From the NCBI GenBank assembly GCA_000934665.2, contig JYFJ02004370.1, positions 1 through 32,630 of the forward strand: a DNA stretch of 32,630 nucleotides. Reading direction: 5' to 3'. Below the pieces are notes generated by a model. That model worked only from the letters and a program-made list of their open reading frames with translations, did not search any database and was not told the DNA's origin. The stretch is from Catajapyx aquilonaris. Its lineage: Eukaryota. A program made the translations under genes and the position numbers. Shown piece after piece: positions 22,266 to 32,630 of this stretch; positions within the stretch are counted from its first letter, which is position 1; each line of letters begins with the position of its first letter.

Positions 22266-25200
22266 ATGCATTATCAACACAGTTCAAGAAATAAGGCAAC
22301 GGGAGCATTACGTCGACACTCGTTTAAACAAGTGATAAGAAACGGATGGACCGATTTCCTAAAGAACACCGGTCTCCACGGATTACAGCATTTTTCCAAC
22401 ATCTCTAAATGTGAAAGGCAAGTTTAATAAATACAAAGGGTTTCAACCGGTTTCAACATACTGAGAAAACATTGCTGACTGTCATATTCATCGCATATTC
22501 TAAATGACTTTTCTTTTTTTAACCTGTAGAGTGACGTGGATGATTGTGTGGTGTATGGTACTAGGTACAGGGTGCTACTTCGTATCTCGTGGGATTTATA
22601 AATTCTACGATGACCGGGTAATGGTAAATGTTGAATCAACCGATGAAGATGTCTGGAATATTCCGTTTCCTGCTCTCACTCTCTGCAACACGAATCGAGC
22701 CTTCAAAACCAAAGTGGAGAAGGCAGCGTATGTATCATTCAGAAATGAGTACCATATACAGGGTGTATCTGAACTCAGTGCCCCGACGTATATGACTGCC
22801 TTCCTAGCCACCAGAGGATCGATTTAAGTATAGGAGTCATATGTCTGGGCAGCCTCATTACGGAGATACACTCTTTAGCGATTTTTGCCTAATCGCTCCT
22901 TCTGACTTTTAAATAGAATTTTCTGGTGTAACTAGCCAAAGAGGCCTTACCACCTGTGGGCAACAAACCAACAAAGTCCCGCCCCCAGACCTTCCAGAGC
23001 CTTCTGACTGGGGGAGGGTTCGATGGGTGGCCTAACCGACAGGATATTTTGTACTACATGTTTGCGGCCAATTATATCCGTAATGAGGCTGCCCAGACAT
23101 ATGACTCCTATACTTAAATCGATCCTCTGGTGGCTAGGAAGGCAGTCATATACGTCGGGGCACTGAGTTCAGATACACCCTGTATACTTATAAGTTTATG
23201 CATTCCTTGATATAATAATTATACTATACAAATATATCTCGAAATCCTACTTTAGAAAAAGACTGAATGTGAGCATGACAGACCTCCGGTTTCAAGCAAG
23301 ATTTATTTCAATGTTTCCAACCTGGACCTCATTAAACAACAACAGACGAGACTCTATGAAACATTACCTACACAGTTCCTTATGGAAAAATATGAATATC
23401 TCCTTAGAGCGTTTAATGGGCATGGTAAGTACGTAATTATTATTGTATTTAATGCCACAAACGTACGGTTTCAATTATCTTTGCGCAATTTAATGATGCC
23501 TCTACACGCTACTGCCATGCCAACTAGAGTCTGTCCTCTTCCAAATATTAAGGTGCTGAGTAACTCTAGTTCGGCCTTAATTATTATTGAACTAAGTAGG
23601 CCTAAATTCACCAGACACTTCGATGTATTTGTCTTTAACACGATCGTCATAAGTATGCTAATGACCAATGCATTTTTTCCAGCTCTTGCTGAATGTGAAA
23701 GAACAATTCATTTATTGCGAATGGATGGGATCAAAAGTTGACTGCAATCAAATATTTGATTTATCTTTGACGGATATGGGATTTTGCCACTCGTTTAACT
23801 ACATGTAAGTGGCTTTGTGCATGTGACTGAGCTTATTAGATTGAGTACCAAATTGAAGTTGTGTCGGAATTTTAAATTAAAGGTGCTTCATTCAAATAAT
23901 TCAATGTACCGTTACTCTCTAATGCAGTGGTTTCCAACCGGTGCGGTGGGTCGCGGTGGGTCGCGCGCCTTGGTTCAACGTTTATTTTTTCCAATTTCTG
24001 TGTCAATCGAACCATTTTTGCGGCCGTAGAGAGTGTATGTTTTCTGGAAAGGGGGCAGTTGTAGGAGGGGCCGGGGGTGGGGAGGAAGGGGGGGGGGTCG
24101 CACATTTATGGAAACATGTTTAGGGGGTCGGAGTTGGTAAAAGGTTGGAAACCACTGCTCTAATGTTCAATCTCTCCATACCATAGACAGCATGGACTAT
24201 AGTATAGAGCATCATAAATGTATGAGAAAAATGAACATTGAATAGACTATATTATTTTATCATATGTCGTTTTTATGGGATAAAATATACCTCTAATTTG
24301 ACTTCATTTACCATGGCCATATAAATAAAAATAAACATTCCATTTAACTCTGCAACCTTTAGAAGTTCGAAAACATGGAAAATTTGCAATATTTAAACCC
24401 CTCTGCCTCTCATGAATGTCACCCTTTTTTGCAAGAGTATGTCGCCTTTTTCACTCATACCGTTACCACCAAAACCCTGAAGTAAGGTATCCTTCATATT
24501 CCCTCATTTTTAGCCTTCATTACATAATACAGTAGTAAAGGGTGGAAGAATATTTGGTACAGGTCTCTTATAACTGCTCGTGTCTTCATACTTTAGAAAC
24601 CATAATTTACAGTACCAGCCCGTCACTAATCAGTATACGGCACACGCCATGCCTTCTTATTTATAGACCGAACTTCAACATTCAAAATGCGAGTAAAATT
24701 CGCCAACTCTTATACTCCAACGGGGCTGGATCTGAAACAGGATTAACAGTGGTGATGAGAACACATCGAGGCGATCATCTGGCTAGGTCGCATTATTTCA
24801 ACGGGTTTTTGGTACGGTATCAACCACTCCCCCTCGCTTTTGTTGTGTGTGTGCACCTTAGCTGATGTCACCCACCGAGGGGATTTGCCACGCCGCGCCG
24901 GCGCGGCGCGGCGCTGCAGGCTCGGACTCCAAGATGGTGGCACCTTACCTAGCGGGCAATTCTGAACCATTTTGCTCGACTCTGATTGGCTGGAGTAGCT
25001 AGCTACTCCAGCCAATCAGAGTCGAGCTTAACTATAGTTAACTCCTTAGTCCCAGCTATACCCGCCAGCGCCTAGTTTTCCGCTTACGAGTACTCTGAAG
25101 ATACGGACAAGATATTTTACACAAAATAACAGCTATACTTACCCGATCAGGGAAGACACTATGAATGTGTCTGGAACAATTTTCCTCATCTAGAAGTCTC

Positions 25201-28200
25201 TAAATTAATTTCCAAAAATATCGCTGTAAAACTCGGCATTCGAGTACTTCCGGCCAACTACTTGGCTGATTTAATCATGAAATACGTTAAAATACACGGA
25301 ATAACAATATTGAGAATAGTGCGAGACTAATGTGCTGAAATCGTCGTACTTTGCGAGAAATAAATAAATTATTTCTGATCTGTGGCTTTCCTGTTACTTC
25401 GGAAATATCCCTCATTCATTTATTTCTCGCCAAGTACGACGATTTCAGCAACTTCGTCTGGCAAAGTTCTCAAGGTTAATATTCAGTATATTTTAATGTA
25501 TTTCATAATTAAATCAGCCTAACAGTTGGCCGACAGTAAGAGTTCTCGAATTTCGAGTTTTTTTTTACAGCGATCTGTTTGGAAATTAATTTTGGAACTT
25601 CTAGAGGAGGAACATTGTTCCAAACACATTCATAGCATTTTCAAGGAACATGTAAGTATAATTGTTATTATTTTGTAAAATATATTGTCCTTATCTTCAG
25701 AGTACGTGTAAGGGCAAATCTAGGCGATGGCCTAACGGTTGGCCAGTATATAGTAATTGAATTTCAAGTTATTACTTTTGAAAATTAATTTAGGGACTTC
25801 TAGACGAGTGAAAATTGTTTCCAATGCATTCATATAGTGTAGAGCATGAACGTATAAGTGTATCTATTATTTTTTGTGAAATGTCTTGCCCTTATCTTCA
25901 GAGTAAGTGCAAGCGAAAATCTAGGCGATCGATGGAATTTACAGCGATCTTTTTGGAAATTAATTTAGGGACTTCTAGACGATGAAACTGGTTCCAAACA
26001 CATACATAGCGTAGACCGTAGAGCATGAACGTGTAAGTATAGCTGTTGTTATTGGTAAAGTATATATTTTTTATCTTCAGAGTACGCACGTATTTAACAG
26101 AAACAAAATCTAGGCGATGGCGGTATAGCTGGGGCTCAAGGGGTTAAGGCCTCATGTGGAGCGGAAAAACTTATGCAAAAATGCTACTGGAAAAAATATT
26201 TTAAGGGTTTTTATGGCAAAAAATATGTTAGGGGCGGAACTTTTCCGCACCCTGTGTGCATGATTATTTTACGATCCAAATTAAACTGATAAGATGATTT
26301 GACAAGGTAGAGCGTCCGCAAAATCCACAGATACGCATTTAAGCTCTCAATATTCTCTTACACGAAGTATACAGAGTGATACAAATTATTTTTTCAACTA
26401 ATGTGACTGCTTGTTGAAACTATAAGCTGCTTATTTTTAGAAATTATTTTTTCAGTGACTTTTACTGGTTATTAAAAGTATTAGCTGCTAATATTAGGCC
26501 GAACTGAATCATCCATACATCTCTGAAAATCTGAAATGCAAAATATGTCCAATTAGAAATCATTGGAACAATTGTCATCTCACATCAGTCATGGAGAAGA
26601 TAAGAAAATGCAACTTTTAAATACGTCAACACTCTGTTTACTCTTTGGGGTGAAGAAATCTGAATAAGTAGGCCTACACTATAGCCTACAGTGTACTGTA
26701 CATAATATATTAATATGTACAGTACACTGTAGGCTAGTGGAGGCCTACTTATTCACTAGAAGATTTTCAGGCTTTGATCCACCACCCTCGTGAGTTCCCG
26801 ACCATGTTGAACAATGCCATGTACTTAGACGAGGGCACCGAAGTGTTCGTGTCCGTCAAAGGAGTGGAGACCAAGACCTCGTACCGATCTAGGGCACTCA
26901 GTGCATCCAGTCGTAGATGCTTTTTTGACGACGAAAAGTCACTGAGGTACTTCAAATCATACAGGATGAAGAACTGCTTCTCCGAGTGCCGTACCAATAC
27001 CACTGCCAAACTCTGCGGGTCGGTACCGTTTAACTACAGGTTCATACCTGATGGCAAGTATATGTCCTGTTCATACAATTATATTAATTATTGTAACTAC
27101 AACTAAACGTATTATCTTACTCCCATTTTCAGAGATGGAACATTTAAGCAAGGTCAACATGCCCGTACTGGAATGCTGGGTGAAAAATTTGAGTAGGTAC
27201 CAGTATTGCTGTTTATTTTAAATGTATATAGTCTATTTTTGTTATTCTCATTCCATGGAAGACTTATCTGAAAGTGCTGCAGGATTTAATACACACACCT
27301 TGACCTCAATAATGTCACAGTCTACGACTCTACGTCAATAGTAGGTGATTAAGGTACACATTCTTAAAAAAGAAGGTTATATAAATTTTTATCAACACAG
27401 TCTATGTTGGACCTGTCCTACTACAAACTAATACTTTTTTCGGAAATGGATATCTAAGGTTCATTTTTGTGAAAAGCGATGTGATCTTCCCTGCCTTCTT
27501 CTTATTCGTAACGTAAAGCTAATTTGTGAATGGTAGGCTACAGTATCACACAGTGTGTTTCGGAATTGAGTTCACATATGTATCGGCAAAAACCTCAGAG
27601 GCACTCACAGTCAATTCTATTCGCCCCCGTCTCACCTGCGAATGTAGCAGTGGGTTATTTATACACCTGCAAGTGATACAGTGAATTTTGGTATATGATA
27701 CCGATGATACCAATGCTCTCTTGACTAAATTTTTTTCGTGTAAATAGTGCTTGATTATGTGCAGGCCGACAAGAAAAGTGAAAGTTAGAATCTATTGCAT
27801 ACCACGGATACAGAGTAGTATTGAGTTGCACATTACACTATCAAGCACGAAGAACCATTCGCACAAAAACTCTTCGTTACCATAGCAAAATAAGTTTTTC
27901 AAATTTCCTACCGTACTTAGCACACTTTGCAAGCAACTGTGAGGAATGAGGTGCGGGACTGTCAAGCGCTCTGTGACGGAAATTGTCAGAACGGAGCCTT
28001 CGTGACGTCACCAATTTCCCAATCTGTTATCTGGAGTTGTAGTTGTATGACCGTGTAGGCATGTATCTCTTTTACACAAAATAATCATGCACTGTCTCCT
28101 GTTGTAATTAACTATTTTGCAGAAACTTTCGAGAGCGTGGAACCAAAAATAAAGATGTACCGGAATATGTTGAAGAAAACCTATGCATCTATGAACTGTG

Positions 28201-31200
28201 ACTGCCTGACTAGTTGCGACTCTGTTCAGTACAACACTGAAATGGCGGATGCTGAAATTGACTGGTCCGTTGCCGCTGTAACAGGAGTCAAAAATTTGTA
28301 ATTATACTTAGTTATTAAATATTGTAGTATTACAGAATACATTATACAGAAGAATTGTGTTGAATTATTGGAATTGGAATTAGTGGAAATGATAAAGGGC
28401 CTGAGTGCCAAATTTTTGAAGCTGAGAAAAATCGATTTTTGTGACCTATCCGTAATTATACTTTCTTGGTGATGATGACAGATGCAACATACAAGGCACT
28501 TGGCCAAATGCAATAGTAGTGAACATATACCACTGCTTTATAATAAAAATTTAAGGCCAAATGTGAGGAAACAACAAGAGAGTCGTATGGCATGCGTAAT
28601 TATGTCCCATGAGACCTTTTCCTCATAAGGGCCTAAGTGCCAGAATCTTACACTAACATTATTAACACGTGAATAGGGGTATTTGTGTGGCAGTTATGGA
28701 TGCCCATATCCATTACAGCCTACAAAATTAATGTGTTTATGATTGTAAGGGGTAACTAGGAGAAAAGGTTCAAAGAATAAACAGACCCCAAAATACAATC
28801 TTTTACACAACTTCTGTATTGGTTATTCGCTTGGCACCTCGGACATGAAAAGAAACAAAACCCAACAAAAATGAAATACGCCGTCATTCCGATTATCAGG
28901 GCTAATGAATGTACTGTACAGGTGTCGCCGGATAATCGGAAACTACGGATAATCAGAAAATGGTCGTAGATACCGTAAAATGAGCTATTCACAGGTTTTA
29001 ATGTACATTGTATGATAGTGTGTGCTTACTTAACCAAGGTTTAATCAAAATATTAACACTTAGCATATATTTATATTTTTTTCTAAAAAAAAGTATGTTA
29101 TATTTCTTTGTTAGCGAGACATATTGACATTTTTCGAACTTTAATTTTTAATTGAATATTTACTTTGATCACATTTCTATCAACAACAGAAATTATTATA
29201 ATAAAAATAATGACATATGTATGTACTGTACATACGTATCACCCGCGAGCATAAACATGGAGACGGCAAGCCCTCACCTTCGGCAGGCTGCTCTGCCAAT
29301 TGCAGCTATTACGGTATCAAATATACTGTCATAAATACACGAACACACGCCTGATGCAGCTAACTCGGTCCAAAAAGAGTTCATTAATTTGAGTCGGATA
29401 AAGAAAGGTCAAAAAAGAGCCTGCCGTTTCCATTTTCATGCTCGCGGGGAGGCCCTATGCGAGAAAAAAAGCTGCAAATTTTTACTCGCGTAGTCTAGTA
29501 AGTGTACCCATTTCACCATTTTTCTTTGTCAAAAATTCCGCGACTGTTTTGCACTTTACCACATAGAATAAGAGGTGTTGAGATATGAAAGTTGTTTTGT
29601 ATTGCTATCAATACCACATTTTATATCAGAAGTTCTAAGACCCAATGTATTGCATAAAATACACTCCTCTAACTCAACAACGGTGCAGACTTTTGAAAAA
29701 TGTGTAGAATGGCTTTTTGTTCAGAGTGCGAAATTGCACTTAGACACAAAATCTAGAGCATGTATGTTGAACACAACTCTTTCGGGTCTGAGGAGGCTAT
29801 CTTTGGGTAATTCCTGCTATCAAATGAGTCATCTGCCAGGGCATTTGGAGGTTTCGCATCCTTGGCCCCTAGAGCTCTTTTAGTGCACAATCTCAGAAAG
29901 AATTTTTTGGCACATAGGCCCTTTATCATTTCCACTCTTCAAATTTCATTTCGTTTTAAGAATGATACATTTAGGGGATTAAATATTTTACTGCAACTTC
30001 ATATTAATGCTAATTATGCCATTTTTACAGCAGGGTGTGTCCTTCCGGGAGCGAATAAATATAGGCTATATTAAAATTATTTCCACAATTTTAAAGCAGA
30101 TTATGGCAATAATTATCCCAAAATATATAAAACGTAATCGTGTCTTTTAAAGACCAGCACACCAGGATTGTCACAAATCCGATAATAATCAGTAGGGAAG
30201 TAACTGACAAGGGAAGTGTAAGTGTTGTCTGTGGAGTTTCTGAATCAAACTTGGCACAATAATATAGGCAGGTAGGTTATTAAAGAAAATACAAACATTT
30301 TGGCGGATGCCCATAAGGTCAAAAGTTATGACCTCTTGAACTCACAAGGGACACTTTCCAAGGTCTCACCGATTTTCTTGAAATTCGGTACATTGGTAGG
30401 CCACCCCAAGGGATGAAAAACGCACCTAAAGTGACCTGCTCAAAATGATCCGGTTGGCCCCCTTTTGGGGGGCAGAGGTAAACTCTTAAATGCCGAAAAC
30501 TCACCGATTTTCTTGAAATTCGGGACATTAGTAGGGCACCCCAAGGGATGAAAAACGAACCTAAAGTGACCTGCTCAAAATGACCCGGTGACCCCTTTTT
30601 GGGGGCTACCAATGAACCGAATTTCAAGAAAATGGGTGAGTTTTCGGCATTTAAGAGTTGACCTCTGCCCCCCAAAAAGCAGGGGTCAACCGGGTCATTT
30701 TGAGCAGGTCACTTTAGGTGCGTTTTTCATCCCTTGGGGTGGCCTACCAATGTACCGAATTTCAAGAAAATCGGCGAGACCTTGGAAAGTGTCCCTTGTG
30801 ACAGTTGTGAGTTCAAGAGGTCATAACTTTTGACCTTATGGGCATCCGCCAAAATTGTTTGCATTTTCTTTAATAACTTACCTGCCTATACAGGGTGTAT
30901 CTGAACTCAGTGCCCCGACGTATATGACTGCCGTCCTAGCCACCAGAGGATCAACTTATGTAGAGGAGTCATTATGTCTGGGCAGCCTCATTACTGAGAT
31001 ACACTCTTTAACGATTTTTGCCTAATCGCTCCTTCTGACTTTTAAATAGAATTTTCTGGTGTAACTTGCCAAAGAGGCCTTACCACTGCGGGCAACAAAC
31101 CAACAAAGTCCCGCCCCCAGACCTTCCAGAGGCTTCCGACTGGGGGAGGGTTCGATGGGTGGCCTAACCGACAGGATATTTTGTACTACATGTTTGCGGC

Positions 31201-31801
31201 CAATTATCTCAGTAATGCGGCGGCCAGACATAATGACTCCTATACTTAAATCGATCCTCTGGTGGCTAGGAAGGCAGTCATATACCTCGGGGCACTGAGT
31301 TCAGATACACCCTGTATTATTGTGCCAAGTTTGATTCAGAAACTCCACAGACAACACTTACACTTCCCTTGTGAGTTTCGCTTTTTATCGTCAACAGAGC
31401 TGCGCTATTAGAAATATTTCTGATGCACCATGAACTGGTCATCAGAAAGTCTACCAGATTATCATACTAAAAACTAAATTATAAATTAATTTTCAGCACT
31501 GATGTTGTCGTTCTCCGCCTGTACTTTAAAGAACTGGTGTACACTCGATTTAAGCGCGATATCCGATTCACCTGGATCAATGGAATAGGTATTGAAATAC
31601 AATGTTATTCATTCGCAAAGTTTCATACAAAAACGTATGTAAAGTTCATGCCGGAGTTAAATTTCATTTCTATTGCATTTTTCAGCTAACTTTGGTGGAC
31701 TTGTTGGCATATTTCTTGGCTTCAGCTTTTTGAACGTTCTGGAATTTATTTATTTCTGCTGCTTATGCCCAACTTACAAAATGCTTACAAAATCACACTA
31801 A
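22266..31801 (+). CDS. DEG/ENaC (pickpocket-like) subunit, paralog 3, 503 aa from ATG 22266 (ancestral start probably 21549)
   Basis: Exons 22266-22417, 22530-22727, 23256-23424, 23683-23804, 24667-24811, 26771-27053, 27133-27192, 28123-28297, 31497-31588, 31686-31801 (1512 nt, open frame; exons 2-10 have the same lengths as in paralog 1). NTGLHG, IPFPALTLCN, TM2 ANFGGLVGIFLGFS. Introns 1 and 6 use GC donors. Start codon uncertain. Confidence 0.9.
22759..23182. mobile_element. Tc1/mariner MITE with ~105 bp TIRs, copy 1 (intron 2 of paralog 3)
   Basis: TA|CAGGGTGTATCTGAACTCAGTGCCCCGACG...CAGATACACCCTG|TA; near-perfect TIRs; second copy at 30891-31314. Confidence 0.93.
23925..24157. mobile_element. 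hAT (Charlie/Buster-like) MITE
   Basis: TIR CAGTGGTTTCCAACC / GGTTGGAAACCACTG; perfect 8-bp TSD CTCTAATG (23917-24, 24158-65). Confidence 0.93.
24974..25027. repeat. Perfect 54-bp palindrome without loop, within a GC-rich truncated element (~24858-25027)
   Basis: GCTCGACTCTGATTGGCTGGAGTAGCT|AGCTACTCCAGCCAATCAGAGTCGAGC. Confidence 0.92.
25042..26143. mobile_element. piggyBac-like foldback MITE with tandemly amplified right arm
   Basis: TTAA|CTCCTTAGTCCCAGCTATA...TATAGCTGGGGCTCAAGGGG|TTAA; internally palindromic; the ~170 bp right subterminal block (…ACTTCTAGA…TATCTTCAGAGTA…ATCTAGGCGAT) occurs three times. Confidence 0.8.
26661..26755. repeat. ~95-bp imperfect hairpin just upstream of the exon 6 acceptor of paralog 3
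   Basis: TGAATAAGTAGGCCT...TAGCCTACAGTGTACTGTACATA / TATGTACAGTACACTGTAGGCTA...AGGCCTACTTATTCA. Confidence 0.85.
28382..29936. mobile_element. Unclassified non-autonomous TIR element in intron 8 of paralog 3
   Basis: AGTGGAAATGATAAAGGGCCTGAGTGCCAAA mirrored by TTTGGCACATAGGCCCTTTATCATTTCCACT; TSD unclear; no transposase ORF recognised. Confidence 0.72.
29240..29449. mobile_element. MITE, copy 2 of the 15170-15363 family (nested)
   Basis: Near-identical to 15170-15363 apart from a short extra segment (AGCCCTCACCTTCGGC). Confidence 0.88.
30202..31377. mobile_element. Foldback (almost wholly palindromic) element with internal ~120-bp repeats, interrupted by a mariner MITE
   Basis: The left arm ACAAGGGAAGTGTAAGTGTTGTCTGTGGAG... 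pairs with 30610-30890 plus 31315-31377 once 30891-31314 is removed. Confidence 0.88.
30891..31314. mobile_element. Tc1/mariner MITE copy 2, inserted at a TA in the right arm of the foldback
   Basis: Near-identical to 22759-23182; TA duplicated relative to the uninterrupted left arm. Confidence 0.93.
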
Positions 31802-32221
31802 TCATACTGGTACTTATAAGTTATTACTATGATTATCTCATGCACCTCATGTGTCAAGCGTTACGTGACATACCATACTATGGGATATATTGCACAAACT
31901 TTGCATTGACACGGTATCAAGAGAATAAGTTATACCAAATAAAAAATGCGAATGTAATACAGTATTATCACTAAGACCTCACATTAGTAGACATTACCAT
32001 GTAGGCCTATACGTGATATTTTCTTTTTATCGATCATTACAAGTTATCGATATTATGAGCCTTATACCCTCATGAATGGATTCATAAAAAATGCACCAAT
32101 TAACACAGAACAGGTATATAATTATTTTTATATTTAATTTAATTTATATTATTATATTATTGCTTGCTCTGTAGTTTTGATCATGGGTCATAGAATACTC
32201 AGGTCTGAACACTCCCACCTA

Positions 32222-32517
32222 CCCCCTGCCGGGGCGTTTTGAGAAGGGGCTCACTTGAGAGCGCCATGAGACATTTCACTCCCCAGGTATGTGGCGACCC
32301 TACCGGACTAAGCTGAACTTTATAGGTACAAAAGGGAAGCGCTACATTGGGGGACCCAACATGGTCGCCGGCGGCCATGTTGGGCCCGCATGTAGCGCTT
32401 CCCTTTTGTACCTATAAAGTTCAGCGTAGTCCGGTAGGGTCGCCACATACCTGGGGAGTGAAATGTCTCATGGCGCTCTCAAGTGAGCACCTCCTGCAAA
32501 ACGCCCCCGGCAGGCGA
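32222..32517. mobile_element. Palindromic MITE (~125-bp arms), TA-flanked
   Basis: CCTGCCGGGGCGTTTTG...GCTCACTTGAGAGCGCCATGAGACATTTCACTCCCCAGGTATGTGGCGACCC...AAGCGCTACAT mirrored at 32389-32514. Confidence 0.9.
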
Positions 32518-32525
32518 TAAGATCA

Positions 32526-32630
32526 TCTAATATATATAAAGCCCCACGCCGAGGAGGAGGATATAGGATGAAAAAGATTTCGCACTTCCCGGGGTCGGAG
32601 AGACGTCGGACTTACGCCGTTGGATTCCTT
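32526..32630 (+). mobile_element. Possible 5' end of a Helitron, cut by the window edge
   Basis: A|TCTAATATATATAAAG resembles Helitron 5' termini; 3' end not visible. Confidence 0.3.

Noticed and set aside
30319..30833. Pair of similar ORFs on opposite strands
   Set aside because: Artefact of the foldback palindrome; likewise 4203-4394 / 6471-6701 and 4457 / 6118 lie in the Ginger TIRs.
7666..31801. Assigning specific ppk gene symbols (e.g. ppk28, Nach)
   Set aside because: Family membership is clear but orthology needs a phylogeny.

Overview
Eukaryotic genomic DNA, probably from an arthropod (inferred from the gene family and SINE types). The backbone is a head-to-tail cluster of three + strand DEG/ENaC (pickpocket-like) ion-channel genes: 7666-11171, 13561-18316 and ~22266-31801. 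I reconstructed each by hand as 10 coding exons with matching phases and an open frame (515, 516 and 503 aa). Introns and intergenic DNA are packed with mobile DNA: nested palindromic MITEs (Tc1/mariner-, hAT-, piggyBac- and ISL2EU-like ends), a defective Ginger2-like element with a nested hAT fragment, three tRNA-derived SINEs, Helitron/Helentron-like pieces and microsatellites. Most notable: (1) 6 of 27 coding introns need GC donors, with GT/GC switching between paralogs; (2) a MITE appears to split the first coding exon of paralog 3; (3) a likely gene-conversion tract links paralogs 1 and 3; (4) all three channels lack one thumb-domain Cys pair; (5) paralog 2 has Arg at the outer-pore position equivalent to ASIC D433 and an intron shifted by 6 nt; (6) stacked TA-xxx-TA transposon-footprint-like motifs are abundant. 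Splice models and TE classes come from reading the sequence only, not from database or transcript evidence.
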